A stretch of 64,000 bases of DNA, taken from positions 143,595 through 207,594 of the forward strand of contig JBBRPR010000008.1 in the NCBI GenBank assembly GCA_038227875.1. The letters are read 5' to 3'. This document shows, in pieces, positions 9,738 through 19,799 of this stretch; positions within the stretch are counted from its first letter, which is position 1; each line of letters starts with the position of its first letter. Origin of the DNA: Planctomycetota bacterium (GTDB taxonomy: Bacteria > Planctomycetota > SZUA-567 > H5-PLA8). The position numbers and the translations under genes were made by a program. A model generated the notes under the pieces. The model was not told the DNA's origin. It made no database searches and saw only the letters and a program-made list of their open reading frames with translations.

Positions 9738-9995
9738 ATGGAACCGCGCCTGATCTACATCTGCGAAATCTGTCAGACGGTGCTTGAAGAACACCACTGC
9801 AAAGCGCAGTGCCCGAACTGTGGGCGCATGTTCGATTGCAGCGACCTCCCGCTGATCCCAGCCAACGGCGCGATTGATGACGGCGAATATGTGGCTCGTC
9901 CAGGTGCGCTGCCGCCCCAGTCCTTTCCCGAAACAAAATCCGGACAGAAACAAACGCCTGGCGCGGACGAGGCCAAGGTTGCGGATCTTCCCTGA
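9738..9995 (+). CDS. Small CPxCG-type zinc-finger protein
   Basis: CEIC...HHCKAQCPNCG..FDCSD; TATCAT 6 nt upstream of ATG. Confidence 0.7.
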   Translation: MEPRLIYICEICQTVLEEHHCKAQCPNCGRMFDCSDLPLIPANGAIDDGEYVARPGALPPQSFPETKSGQKQTPGADEAKVADLP

Positions 9996-10050
9996 ACGCG
10001 GTAAAATGAAGCGCGTTGTACGGGACTGCAAATTTCAAGGAGACTCAAAC

Positions 10051-11215
10051 GTGTCATTCAACTATTCGGACTGCAAGCAGGAACTCGCATCTGCCAACGA
10101 ACGCATCACCCAGCTGCGGGGGTCGCTTTGACGTCCCGGGACGCCAGCGCCGGCAGCGTGAAATTGAAAGCCAGATGGAAGGCCAGGGGTTCTGGGACGA
10201 CAACGTCCGTGCTCAAGCCCTGATCGGCGAACTCAAGAACATCAAGAACATCCTCGGCGACTTCCCCACCTACGAACAGCAGGTCAAGGATCTCCAGGAA
10301 CTGCTCGAACTGGCGGAAGCCGAAAAAGACGAAGGCACCGCCGAGCAGGTCCGCGCCGAAATCGTCAAGATCAACACCGAATTGAAGAGCTTCGAAATCA
10401 AGTCGCAGCTCACGGGCAAGAACGACCACCGCAACGCGTTCATCCGCTTCCAGGCCGGGGCGGGGGGCACGGAGAGCCGCGACTGGGCCGACATGCTGAT
10501 GCGCATGTATGTGCGTTGGGGCGAACGGCGCGGCTTCAAGGTTCACTTCTTCGACGTCGATTTCAATGAGGAAGCGGGCATCAAGTCCGCCGAATTGAAG
10601 ATCGAAGGCCCGTTTGCTTACGGCTTCCTGAAGGGCGAAGCCGGCGTCCACCGTCTCGTCCGCATCTCCCCGTTCAACGCCGACGCCAAGCGCCAGACCA
10701 GCTTCGCGCGCGTGGAAGTCACGCCGGAATTCGAGCCTGGCGATTCGGAGATCGTCATCCCCGACAGCGACATCGAACGCGCGACCTGCCGCTCCGGCGG
10801 CGCGGGCGGCCAGCATGTGAACAAGACCGAATCGGTCGTGATCCTCAAGCACATCCCGACCGGCATCGTCGTGCGCTGCCAGATCGAACGCAGCCAGACA
10901 CGCAACGGCATCCTGGCGCTGGAACTGTTGAAAGCGAAACTCGCGCGCAAGAAGGAACTGGAACTCCAGGCCGAATCGAAGCTGACCTACGACAACAAGG
11001 ACGACATCGCCTTCGGCAGCCAGATCCGCTCGTACGTGCTCCAGCCCTACACGATGGTCAACGACCACCGCACCGAGCTGAAAGAGACCAACGCCGCCCG
11101 CGTGCTCGACGGCGATCTCGATCCGTTCATGGAAGCATTCTTGCGCTGGAAGATGGTCGAAGACCGCAAAGCCAGCGGCGCCCCCGGCGCTCCGCGCGCC
11201 GCTAAAGCGTCGTAA
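10051..11215 (+). CDS. prfB: Peptide chain release factor 2, programmed +1 frameshift at codon 26
   Basis: SD AAGGAG, GTG at 10051, frame 0 ends CTT-TGA-C (10126-10132) after internal SD-like CGGGGG; +1 frame has SPF and GGQ motifs. Confidence 0.96.
10117..10132 (+). promoter_or_regulatory. prfB frameshift cassette
   Basis: CGGGGG TCG CTT TGA C matches the conserved RF2 autoregulatory slippery site. Confidence 0.93.
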
Positions 11216-11245
11216 TTTTTCCTCGAACAGTGGCGCCCTTAGGCG

Positions 11246-11869
11246 CTACTGTTTCTCGACTTCCGGCGCATCATGCGCGCTGAAGTCCATGCCGGCCGGG
11301 GGAGGAAAGAGACTCCTGCGCCCGAGGATCTGGATCTTATCCCAGTAAGCTTTGAACATCGGGTTGGGCTTCTTGTCGGGACCGTATTTTTTCATCCAGT
11401 CGTAAAGCAGCGCGTAGTACTGCCAGCATTTCAGACCGGTGTATTGCGCTGAGTTGAGGACTTCGTAAAGTTCCATGTAATTGTAGTAGGCTTCCGGCGC
11501 GCGGGGATGAGCCGGCCCCCAGCCGGTCTTCCCGTCTTCACTGCAGAGCCCGTTTAGTTTGCGGTTGTCGAAGACGGTCTTGCCTTTGGCGTCAGGCTGG
11601 ATTCCCAGAAAACTCTTATACATTTCCATCGCGTTTTTGGAATCGCCGCAGACATAGCCGCGGAAATACGCCAACTGCAGGTAGCGGTCTGCCCACGGGC
11701 TGTCGCGTCGTTCGGCCTCGGGAGTCTCTTTGTACTTTTCAATGACCTTGTCGCACATCCACTGCTGGCCGCCATCGGACATCAGCACTACCATCAACGC
11801 CAGCATCGCGCCGATGAACAGTACAATGAGCTTCCATTTCCAACTCAGTCTTCGAAGCCAACCAATCAT
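11246..11869 (-). CDS. Hypothetical protein with N-terminal membrane anchor
   Basis: Hydrophobic LIVLFIGAMLALMVVLM after basic N-terminus; coding-like codon bias. Confidence 0.7.
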   Translation of the reverse strand: MIGWLRRLSWKWKLIVLFIGAMLALMVVLMSDGGQQWMCDKVIEKYKETPEAERRDSPWADRYLQLAYFRGYVCGDSKNAMEMYKSFLGIQPDAKGKTVFDNRKLNGLCSEDGKTGWGPAHPRAPEAYYNYMELYEVLNSAQYTGLKCWQYYALLYDWMKKYGPDKKPNPMFKAYWDKIQILGRRSLFPPPAGMDFSAHDAPEVEKQ

Positions 11870-12083
11870 GACGGCCTTTCTCCGCGCAACCTCAGCGGAT
11901 GGACTTTCACGGCACGACCTCGATAACCAGCGGGATTATCTCCCGTAATGGAACAGTTTGGCAAATGAAAGTCCAACAATTTTGCGCCAGATGCATTTAT
12001 TTTAACGTGTTGATAGAGTGTTACTTCTGACATTAGATTCGGGCCGAGCTCACAGTGTGCTCAATCCTGTCACCACACAGGTG

Positions 12084-13091
12084 TCATTTTTTGTCAAAGC
12101 TGCTCAACAACGGCAGCGTCCGGGAGTTGTCGGCGGATTCCTGGGCCCGGAGCGCGATTTCGGTGGTACGAAAGCCGTCATAGAGACTGATCGGCAGCGC
12201 AGACTTCGCCTGGATCGCTCGAATAAAATCGACGAACAGATCCCCCGGTGCCTCCAGTGGCAGCGGCGCAGAGGCCTTGGCCGTGATCAGCGTCGCCGTT
12301 CCGTCGGCCACGCGCGCCTCGACGACGCCCAGCTCTCCGGCGACGCGCACGCGGTCGTCGCCGTGCGTTGGCGCCGCATCGGGACGCAGATAGTCAAACG
12401 TCATCACCGCCGAACCGCCAGATTTCAGTGTGAAGAGAAACGACCCGTGCGTCGCGCAACCGGGAAAGTCAGCGCGCCCCGCGCATACGCTGCCGTGAAC
12501 ATTCGTGAACACGTCGCCAATCATCCAGTACAGCCAGTCGATGGCATGAATGCCGACGAACGGCGCGATCCCCGGAAACGTGGCGCGCGTGCGAAAATAA
12601 TCCGGCCGCGCATTTCCCCAGCGGTAGCTTTTCTGGCTGAACGCCACGTGCGGCGTCCCAATCGCGCCGGATGCAATCGCCGCACGCACCGCCATGAACT
12701 TCGGCACACCGCGCATCATATGCATCGGCACGATTGGCGTGCCCGTGCGCCGCGCGACGGCGTAGAGCTGCTCCAACGCCGGAAGCGTCATTGCCAGCGG
12801 CTTCTCGCAGAAAACCGCGACGCCGCGTTCCAGGCATAGGGCGCTGAGCTCCGCCAGCCGGTCCGGCCGTGCGCAGATCTGCACCACATCAGGCCGGCAG
12901 CGCTCGAGTAATTCCAGCGCCGTCTCGAAGCGCGGCGTGGTCGCCGTAACTCCCGGCGCCGCATCAAAAGGCGCCAGCGCTTCGTCCGGCCCCGTGCGGC
13001 AGACCGCGCAGACTTCCGCGCCAGCAATAACTTTCAGCGTCCCGGCGTAGCTGTGCCAGTGACCTGTGTTCCCAAGCAATCCAATTTTCAT
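12084..13091 (-). CDS. Gfo/Idh/MocA family oxidoreductase
   Basis: N-terminal Rossmann MKIGLLG, CEKPLA motif, GIHAID. Confidence 0.85.
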   Translation of the reverse strand: MKIGLLGNTGHWHSYAGTLKVIAGAEVCAVCRTGPDEALAPFDAAPGVTATTPRFETALELLERCRPDVVQICARPDRLAELSALCLERGVAVFCEKPLAMTLPALEQLYAVARRTGTPIVPMHMMRGVPKFMAVRAAIASGAIGTPHVAFSQKSYRWGNARPDYFRTRATFPGIAPFVGIHAIDWLYWMIGDVFTNVHGSVCAGRADFPGCATHGSFLFTLKSGGSAVMTFDYLRPDAAPTHGDDRVRVAGELGVVEARVADGTATLITAKASAPLPLEAPGDLFVDFIRAIQAKSALPISLYDGFRTTEIALRAQESADNSRTLPLLSSFDKK

Positions 13092-13152
13092 GACGTGATT
13101 TTAATTCGGTCAGGCGAATCCCACCACCGCGAAACGGACCGGTATGCTTCGC

Positions 13153-13177
13153 CAATCCGCAATCCGCAATCCGAAAT
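13153..13177. repeat. Heptamer tract (CAATCCG)3, single arm
   Basis: caatccg x3 + aaat just downstream of the stop of 13183..14409. Confidence 0.75.
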
Positions 13178-13182
13178 GCAGT

Positions 13183-14409
13183 TCAGCGCGTGGTTGTGAT
13201 CGGGTCGCTTTCCGTCGGCTTCGGCGCGGCGCCGGGCTCGGGGATCTTCGGTGAATCGCTGCTGACCTGGATCCAATCCGGGCGCGTGCGTGTCACTTCC
13301 CACCAGCTCTTCCATTCGTCGACGCTGGGCTGCTTCTCGCCGGTCAGCACCTGCAGCGTTTCGTCCGCGGCGCGCTTGATCTTCGGCGCGTCGTTCTCCA
13401 GTTGTTCGAGCAGAAATTCGACGCTCGTCGCCGACTTGAACGAGGCCAGATGCTTTATGATCTCTTCGCGTCCCTGATGGTAGCGCTGGAACGCCTTGAT
13501 GATGTAATTGGGCGTCTGCTTTTCGCCGATCAACGCCAGCGAGTTGGCCGCAGAGTCGCGCAGCTTCTCGTCGTGTTCGTCGAGCACCGCTTCCAGCAGC
13601 GAGGCGCGAGCGTCCTTGGAATTCGCGCGCAACTGCCCCAGCGCGAACGCCGCGCAGACGCGCGTGTCGGAATCGTAGGCGTACTTCAAGGTGCGGACCA
13701 GAGCGTCAGCGGCTTTCGGATCGCCCAGGTAACCCAGCGCCATGCAGACACCGTCGAGCTTGTCGTCGCGGTTGGCCAGGCGGGTGACCAGGTCGTCGCA
13801 GGTGTTCGCGCCGGCCAGCTTCGCCACGCACTTGGCCGCTTCCATGCGCACCGGCTTGGAACGGTCGTTGAGCATCAAAATCGCCTGCTTCACCACATTG
13901 TCGCTCTTGTCGCCAATCTGGCCCAGCGCATCAAGCATGCCGCCGCGCTTGCGTTCACTTTCCTGTTCAATCTGATCGAGAATGTGCGGGACGATCGGCT
14001 TGCCTTCCGTGCGCAGAATGCGCATCATCCGGCCGTACTCATCGGGGTCGGCGTTTTCGAAGACGTTCATCGCACGTGCGACCAGTTCGATCCGGCGGCG
14101 CTTGTCACCATCAGCGGCAGCAATCACCGCCTGCTGCAGCACCTTGATGTCCTCGGCCTTCCACGTGCCCTTCTCGGCGGCCTTCTTGATGTCCACGAGC
14201 GCATCGAGCGACGCATCGAAATGGCACTGCGAAGTTTTCATCTTCTGCGCGATGACTTCCGGCGCGATGCCCTGCTCCAGGGCGCGATTGAGCTTCTCGT
14301 TGTCGAGTAGCTCGCCGCCACGGGCGCGCGGCGCCAGCGACGCAAAACACGCAACCACGATCACGGCGCACACGGCTCCGGTGCGGGCATTTCGAACGGT
14401 CAATTCCAC
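13183..14409 (-). CDS. Secreted HEAT-repeat protein
   Basis: Signal peptide; repeated ALGQIGD/ALGYLGD/AAFALGQL; C-terminal LTG...WKSWW. Confidence 0.85.
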   Translation of the reverse strand: MELTVRNARTGAVCAVIVVACFASLAPRARGGELLDNEKLNRALEQGIAPEVIAQKMKTSQCHFDASLDALVDIKKAAEKGTWKAEDIKVLQQAVIAAADGDKRRRIELVARAMNVFENADPDEYGRMMRILRTEGKPIVPHILDQIEQESERKRGGMLDALGQIGDKSDNVVKQAILMLNDRSKPVRMEAAKCVAKLAGANTCDDLVTRLANRDDKLDGVCMALGYLGDPKAADALVRTLKYAYDSDTRVCAAFALGQLRANSKDARASLLEAVLDEHDEKLRDSAANSLALIGEKQTPNYIIKAFQRYHQGREEIIKHLASFKSATSVEFLLEQLENDAPKIKRAADETLQVLTGEKQPSVDEWKSWWEVTRTRPDWIQVSSDSPKIPEPGAAPKPTESDPITTTR

Positions 14410-14645
14410 AGAAAGTCTCCTTAGCCCAACACAGCAACCCGGCCTCTATCTACGAGGTCCCGTAACCTCAACTCAAATGCCTGTCATCCAACGATGATAG
14501 GTAGACGATTGGGTGCCGAATGAGCAACATTAAATTTCGCCGATTTTCCCATCAATTGCAATTTAATTCACGTCTTAATCGACCCTTTCGCTATGCACAT
14601 AACAACATAACAGGTATTTGACCCGTTAACGGCGAAGGCCGAACA

Positions 14646-14816
14646 GATGGGATCGGGGATCGGGCATCTGGCATCGGTTAATGGGTAGGATCGGTTTTTA
14701 ATTCGTGACCCACTGCGAGTTGGCGGCGCTTCATAGCCAACGTTCTCAACTCAAGCAAAACTTCAGACTTCGCACCAAGCACACCCCTTAACCGATGCCC
14801 GATCCCCGATCTCATC
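14646..14816. repeat. Inverted heptamer-arm element (GATCGGG-type) with ~105-bp spacer
   Basis: gatgggatcggggatcgggcatctggcatcggttaa ... ttaaccgatgcccgatccccgatctcatc. Confidence 0.75.
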
Positions 14817-15525
14817 AGTTCTTATTCTCAACGGGCAGCTGAGGAGGCGGCGTCGTAGCCCCAGCCCCCGCCTTCTGCTGACGGAAGTAAAGGTACGTCG
14901 ACCAGGCGATGAAACCGACGAAATGCCCGACCAGCAGCGCCACGATTTCCGGCCAGATTGCGGACTTCGGGATCGGTGTGTTCCACGGCGGGATGCGCGA
15001 TCCGTCGAGCTGCGCCGGCAGCAGAAACTTCAGCGCGATGAAGGCCAGCGCGTTGAACGCCACGATAAAGCCGACCATCACGCCCACGCCGCCGGGAATC
15101 TCGCCCTTGCGCGCTTTGCGGACGCTGTGACGGCCTTCGGTTGTCATCGGGTCCTGCTTGGCCGTGCCCGCCAGGCGCGGGCGTTTGTCGTCGACCTTGC
15201 GGAGATGATCGGCTGCCGCCGCGACGTCGGCCTTCCGCTCCTCGGCCTTCTTGGCCTGAGCGTCCGGCTTTTTTTCCGTCTCGCTTTTCGGTTCGTCTTT
15301 CGATTTCTTCTCGGACTTCTGCGAATCCCGCGAGGCTGCTTTTGGATTGGGCGACGAGGAGGACGGTTCGGAGGCCGCGGTTTTCGCGTCAGCGGGCTCG
15401 ACTTTGCCGTTACCGAGGTACCGGTATTTCCGGTCGCACCACGGGCACGTCAGAACATCATTCGGCTTTTTATCGCCGACATCGAACAAAACTTGGCCGC
15501 ACGCGCACGCCGCCGGTTGGGACAT
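14815..15525 (-). CDS. Zn-ribbon membrane protein (2 TM helices)
   Basis: CACG...CPWC, charged linker, two C-terminal hydrophobic helices. Confidence 0.7.
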   Translation of the reverse strand: MSQPAACACGQVLFDVGDKKPNDVLTCPWCDRKYRYLGNGKVEPADAKTAASEPSSSSPNPKAASRDSQKSEKKSKDEPKSETEKKPDAQAKKAEERKADVAAAADHLRKVDDKRPRLAGTAKQDPMTTEGRHSVRKARKGEIPGGVGVMVGFIVAFNALAFIALKFLLPAQLDGSRIPPWNTPIPKSAIWPEIVALLVGHFVGFIAWSTYLYFRQQKAGAGATTPPPQLPVENKN

Positions 15526-15565
15526 GCGTGAGTTTCTACCACAGAGCGCGGATGGAGGAACGGAT

Positions 15566-15596
15566 CATTTTCCATTTCCCGTTTTCCATTTCCCAT
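15566..15596. repeat. Heptamer tract (CATTTyC)n
   Basis: cattttc catttcc cgttttc catttcc cat. Confidence 0.6.
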
Positions 15597-15811
15597 CGAA
15601 CGGCATCCGCGATTCTACGCGCTCATCCGCGGCACAAAGTGAACCCGCGAGGGGTACGCGAAGCTAACAAGAACCGCATCGAAGACCACACGTCAGCAAG
15701 AAACGGTGCCGAGAAGACGGGTGCGCGATGGCGTCAGATGTCCCCGGTATTTTCTACCCATTCCAGCGCCGGCTTTGTTAAACTTCCGCGCATCTACATG
15801 AGGAATTCGAG

Positions 15812-16810
15812 ATGAAAGCGTGTGTACTCGCAGTCGCATTTATCATCTCGGTTTCGGTGCGTGCCGAGGGTCCTCCGCCGATTGAACATATAGAATTAGT
15901 TCCGAACAATGTCCGTATTAAACGCGAAAAGCTCGCCCGCGCCGTCCAATATCACATCAAGAATCTCGGAGATTCCGATGCCGATGTGCGGCAGTCTTCT
16001 ATCGAAATGTTGGCTGCGCTTGGAGCAACTCGGCCCACGTTTCCCGCACTGATTGCCGTGCTTGACCCGTGCCGGCACGAGCAAATAGCGGTGGAGATAG
16101 CAGCGCTGAATGCGCTGCGCAAATTGACGAACAACACGCTGGACTTCCGCGACTACGACGCTTGGAAATCGTGGTGGGACGAGGAGTCGAAATTGTCTGA
16201 TGCAGCTTTTGTAACCCAAGCACTGGCGTGGAGTGGAAAGACCGATCCCCTTTTGCTGATGTATTCGTTCTGGGAGGGCCCGCTCGTGCTGGGAAGGACA
16301 GGTAAAGCGTTAAAAATAGATATTCGCGAGTCTGGAGTAACTTCGATTCTTACCTGGCCTGCCCGAGTCGTCGAATGGTCGATGTTTTCTGAAGCGGCGA
16401 ATTCGAATTGGAATACCGTCAGCCAATTCATCCTTGATGGAAGCGAAATGGATCGATTGTTGTTACTGATGAGGGGCTCAAATCTGATTCAGAATATGGA
16501 GACCATTGAACAGGATATCGCACAGGAGATTGTATCGAGCGGCCATTTCAAGTCCGCGGATTACGATGGGGCCGTGGAGATATTAGAGGTCTCCTACAAC
16601 CGCAAGTCAGCTAAAGTTCGCGAATATCAATTTCCCGAAACAGAAAAAGCCTATCCCAACGTCCCATCCGTAAAGGCCATCGGCGCGACGCTCAAAGAAA
16701 TCGTGAGCTTCGTCGACAAGCACGCGCCCAAAGCCCTCGGCCAAAGCCTCGCCAAATTGCGCGGCGAAGACGCCAAATCCGAATACCTGATCTTTCCGCT
16801 GGAAAAGTAG
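15812..16810 (+). CDS. Secreted protein: HEAT module plus lower-GC C-terminal domain
   Basis: SD GAGG, signal peptide, LGDSDADVRQSSIEML...ALRKLT...WKSWW. Confidence 0.7.
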   Translation: MKACVLAVAFIISVSVRAEGPPPIEHIELVPNNVRIKREKLARAVQYHIKNLGDSDADVRQSSIEMLAALGATRPTFPALIAVLDPCRHEQIAVEIAALNALRKLTNNTLDFRDYDAWKSWWDEESKLSDAAFVTQALAWSGKTDPLLLMYSFWEGPLVLGRTGKALKIDIRESGVTSILTWPARVVEWSMFSEAANSNWNTVSQFILDGSEMDRLLLLMRGSNLIQNMETIEQDIAQEIVSSGHFKSADYDGAVEILEVSYNRKSAKVREYQFPETEKAYPNVPSVKAIGATLKEIVSFVDKHAPKALGQSLAKLRGEDAKSEYLIFPLEK

Positions 16811-16815
16811 CCTCT

Positions 16816-19611
16816 CTAATTCTTCATCGCCTTCATCTTCACCACCTTCGCCGTCGCCGCCGCCGTAAACGTCAGCTGCGCCGTGAAGTTCGTGTTGTCG
16901 ATCGCCAGTGAGATCGGGATCGTTACCGACTTCGCTGTCGGCGGGCCGTTGGGGAAGATCGGCGCGAGACTCAGGCTCTTCAGGCTGATCGTGAATTTCA
17001 GTGCCGTCGTCGTGAACGCATTCTTGCTCATCGCACCCGCCAGCGTCAGCGTGCGCGTGTTGTTGTTGGCCGATGCGGCGCCCGACGTATTGAGCGTAAA
17101 CAACTGCGAGAACCCGCCGATGGTGAACGTCGCCGTCTTCCCGTTCGGCGCCCAGTTCTTCTCGACGGTGATGTTACCGGTCATCAGCAGTGAATCGGAA
17201 TTGGCCGGGCTGCTCACCAGTTTGAACTGCAGGCTCGTGAGCTGCAGCGGCTGAGCCGGATACGTGACGGCCACCGAGAGCGTACCGCTGGCTTGTACCG
17301 TCGCGTCCTTGGCCGTGACTTTCACCGCATACGTTCCGGCCGCGCCGTAAATGTGCGTCGGCGTCGCGCCGGTGCCCGTTGAACCGTCGCCGAAATCCCA
17401 GGCGTAGGTCAGCGCGTTGCCCGCGTTGTCCTTGGCCGAGACCGTGAACGCCACCGACTGTCCGGCGCTCGCGGGATTGGGCGTCGCCATCGGCGCGGAA
17501 GCGATGGTGATCGCGTCGGCGGTGATCGTAATTTTCAGCGAGCCCGTCGTCGTCCCGCCGGCGTTCGTGGCGCTCACCGTTACCGTCGCGGTGCCGGCCG
17601 TTGTCGGTGTGCCGCTGATCTTCCCCGAATTCACATCCAGCGCGAGGCCCGCTGGCAAGCCCGTTGCCGCGAACTTCGTCGGATTGCCGCTGGCGGTGAT
17701 CTGGAACGTGAACGGCGTCCCCGTGAACGCCGCTGCCGTCGTGGCGCTGGTGAGCACCGGCGTGCTCACGTTCGCGACCGTGATCACGAGATTGGCATTG
17801 CCGGTGCCGACCACGTTGGTCGCGCCCAGCTTCACCGTCGTCACGGCGGCGGTCGTCGGCGTGCCGGAAATCACGCCGGTGGTGACGTTCACCGTCAGTC
17901 CCGCCGGCAGGCCCGTCGCGCTGAAACTCTTGGGCGACGCGTTCGCCGCAATCGTGTACGTGAACGGCACGCCGACGATCCCCGACGCCGTCAGCGGACT
18001 GGTGATGGCCGGCACGCTGGTCGTCACCGTGCCGGTGAAATTCACGCCCCATTTATTGCCACTGGTCGCCACGCCATGATTGGACGAACCGGTCGTCGCC
18101 GATTGCGTTCCGAACGAGTACCCCGTTTTCGTCGCGATCATGCCGAACGTCGAATTCGAGGGCAGCCCCGGAAACGCGTAGATGCCGTTGGCGTTGGTCA
18201 GCGCCGTCAAGGTGTTGCTCAGCGTGATCGTTACACCGGAAATTGGCGCGCCGGAGGCATCCACCACGCGCCCGCTGACGATTTCGCCGCGCCCGCTTTT
18301 GTAGATGTTGTAGACGCAATCGTAGATGATCGTGAACGTGTACGAAGCGTTGATCGTCGGCAGGTTGTACCAGACGTTGTCGACGCCGCCCCAACCCATG
18401 TTGACGTGGTGGTACATCGTCGACGAATTGTAGCCGTAGCCGTCGCAGACCACCGCATGTCCACCCACGTTGCCGCTGATCCCCAGCATCACCGGCAATC
18501 CCGCGTCGAGATTCGGGTTAATCATCTCCGTCAATCCATTCGAGAGCGTCAGGCCTGAGCCGCTGTAGTTCTGCCCGTCGATCGCGTTGCTGTATTTGAA
18601 AACGGTGCTCATCGCCATCGTTGACGCGTACATCGTTGCACCCGAACCACTCGAACTGTAGCTCATGTTCACCGCCAGGCCCGCGTCGTAGCAAAGCCGG
18701 CCGATCTGCTGAAACTGCGCCTGCGACGAGGTGTTGCTCGGGCTCAGCGGCATGTTGGTCCAGTCGTACGCGCCGCCGGCACCATCGCCACCCATCAGGT
18801 TCCGCGACTGGCTCTGGTTGTTGACATAGACGTTGAACGCGCCCGTGCCGACGCCGGTGGTCGGCCACTGGTGGTAGCGGATCACCTGCGCCATCGCGGT
18901 GGCCACGCAGCCGTCGGGATAATTCGACGCGTTGCCCGGAGTATTAAACGGCGGCGCGTAGTAGTTGTAGCAGGCCTGTCCGGCCACCGACTGCTGGTTC
19001 CAGACGCTCTGTATCAACGGCGCAACATACGACGTCGAGACCGAACCGACGCCGCGCGTGACCACGTTGGCCTGGTAGTGCGCCCACTTCTGAGCCGGCA
19101 CCGAGACGCCGCGCGCTCCGACACCCGGCGCGCGCGCCGCTTTCACGCGCTGTGTCAGATCGGCATCCGCCAGCGCGCCCAGCGGCGTGGCGTGATCGGC
19201 GCTGTACGTTCCCGTCCCGACAAACGCGACAATCGGCTCGACTTCGTCGTCGCCCGCGACAATCACAAATCCCGTCGGCCTTAAGTTAACGACGAAATAC
19301 GCCGGTGTCCCGTCCGCGGCGTTAAAGGTGTCGACCTTCCCCGACACCCGAGCCGCGCCGAAGGGCATCGCACCATTGCTCTCGTTCAGCCACGCATTGG
19401 TTACCGTCAGCGCCTGCTGCGCCGTCGTCGCCGCCGCCCACGTGCGATTCATCAAACACGAGCAGAATAAAATCGCGCAGACCGGAACGATCAGGAAACG
19501 CCGACCGTCCGAGAAGCCGGAAGCCGACCGAGATGTGGCCGGAGTAACTTTCCGTAGCGTGTCTTGAGAGATGGACAGCAAACCGTTCCGGTTCAGATTT
19601 TCATAGGACAT
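16816..19611 (-). CDS. C10 (streptopain-like) cysteine peptidase with propeptide, carboxypeptidase-regulatory-like, two Ig-like, PKD and C-terminal domains
   Basis: GCVATAMAQVIRYHQWP, GGHAVVCDGYG, HVNMGWGG; GLPAGL..TGVISGTPT repeats; YAWDFGDG. Confidence 0.92.
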   Translation of the reverse strand: MSYENLNRNGLLSISQDTLRKVTPATSRSASGFSDGRRFLIVPVCAILFCSCLMNRTWAAATTAQQALTVTNAWLNESNGAMPFGAARVSGKVDTFNAADGTPAYFVVNLRPTGFVIVAGDDEVEPIVAFVGTGTYSADHATPLGALADADLTQRVKAARAPGVGARGVSVPAQKWAHYQANVVTRGVGSVSTSYVAPLIQSVWNQQSVAGQACYNYYAPPFNTPGNASNYPDGCVATAMAQVIRYHQWPTTGVGTGAFNVYVNNQSQSRNLMGGDGAGGAYDWTNMPLSPSNTSSQAQFQQIGRLCYDAGLAVNMSYSSSGSGATMYASTMAMSTVFKYSNAIDGQNYSGSGLTLSNGLTEMINPNLDAGLPVMLGISGNVGGHAVVCDGYGYNSSTMYHHVNMGWGGVDNVWYNLPTINASYTFTIIYDCVYNIYKSGRGEIVSGRVVDASGAPISGVTITLSNTLTALTNANGIYAFPGLPSNSTFGMIATKTGYSFGTQSATTGSSNHGVATSGNKWGVNFTGTVTTSVPAITSPLTASGIVGVPFTYTIAANASPKSFSATGLPAGLTVNVTTGVISGTPTTAAVTTVKLGATNVVGTGNANLVITVANVSTPVLTSATTAAAFTGTPFTFQITASGNPTKFAATGLPAGLALDVNSGKISGTPTTAGTATVTVSATNAGGTTTGSLKITITADAITIASAPMATPNPASAGQSVAFTVSAKDNAGNALTYAWDFGDGSTGTGATPTHIYGAAGTYAVKVTAKDATVQASGTLSVAVTYPAQPLQLTSLQFKLVSSPANSDSLLMTGNITVEKNWAPNGKTATFTIGGFSQLFTLNTSGAASANNNTRTLTLAGAMSKNAFTTTALKFTISLKSLSLAPIFPNGPPTAKSVTIPISLAIDNTNFTAQLTFTAAATAKVVKMKAMKN

Positions 19612-19754
19612 GATCGCATTTCCTCCGGGCCTTCATCGGCCACGGAGGAAGTACATTGCGAGCCCTATGCCACATTGTGCGCGAAGAGGATCGTACGATT
19701 TCTCAGTTCTCGGAAGACATGACCAGTGGTAGCAGCCCCACCCATCTGCAACAC

Positions 19755-19793
19755 AACTCAAAACTAAAAACTCAACACTAAAAACTCAACACT
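19755..19793. repeat. Heptamer tract (AACTCAA/AACTAAA)n
   Basis: aactcaa aactaaa aactcaa cactaaa aactcaa cact next to stop of the C1 peptidase. Confidence 0.75.
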
Positions 19794-19799
19794 ACTTTC

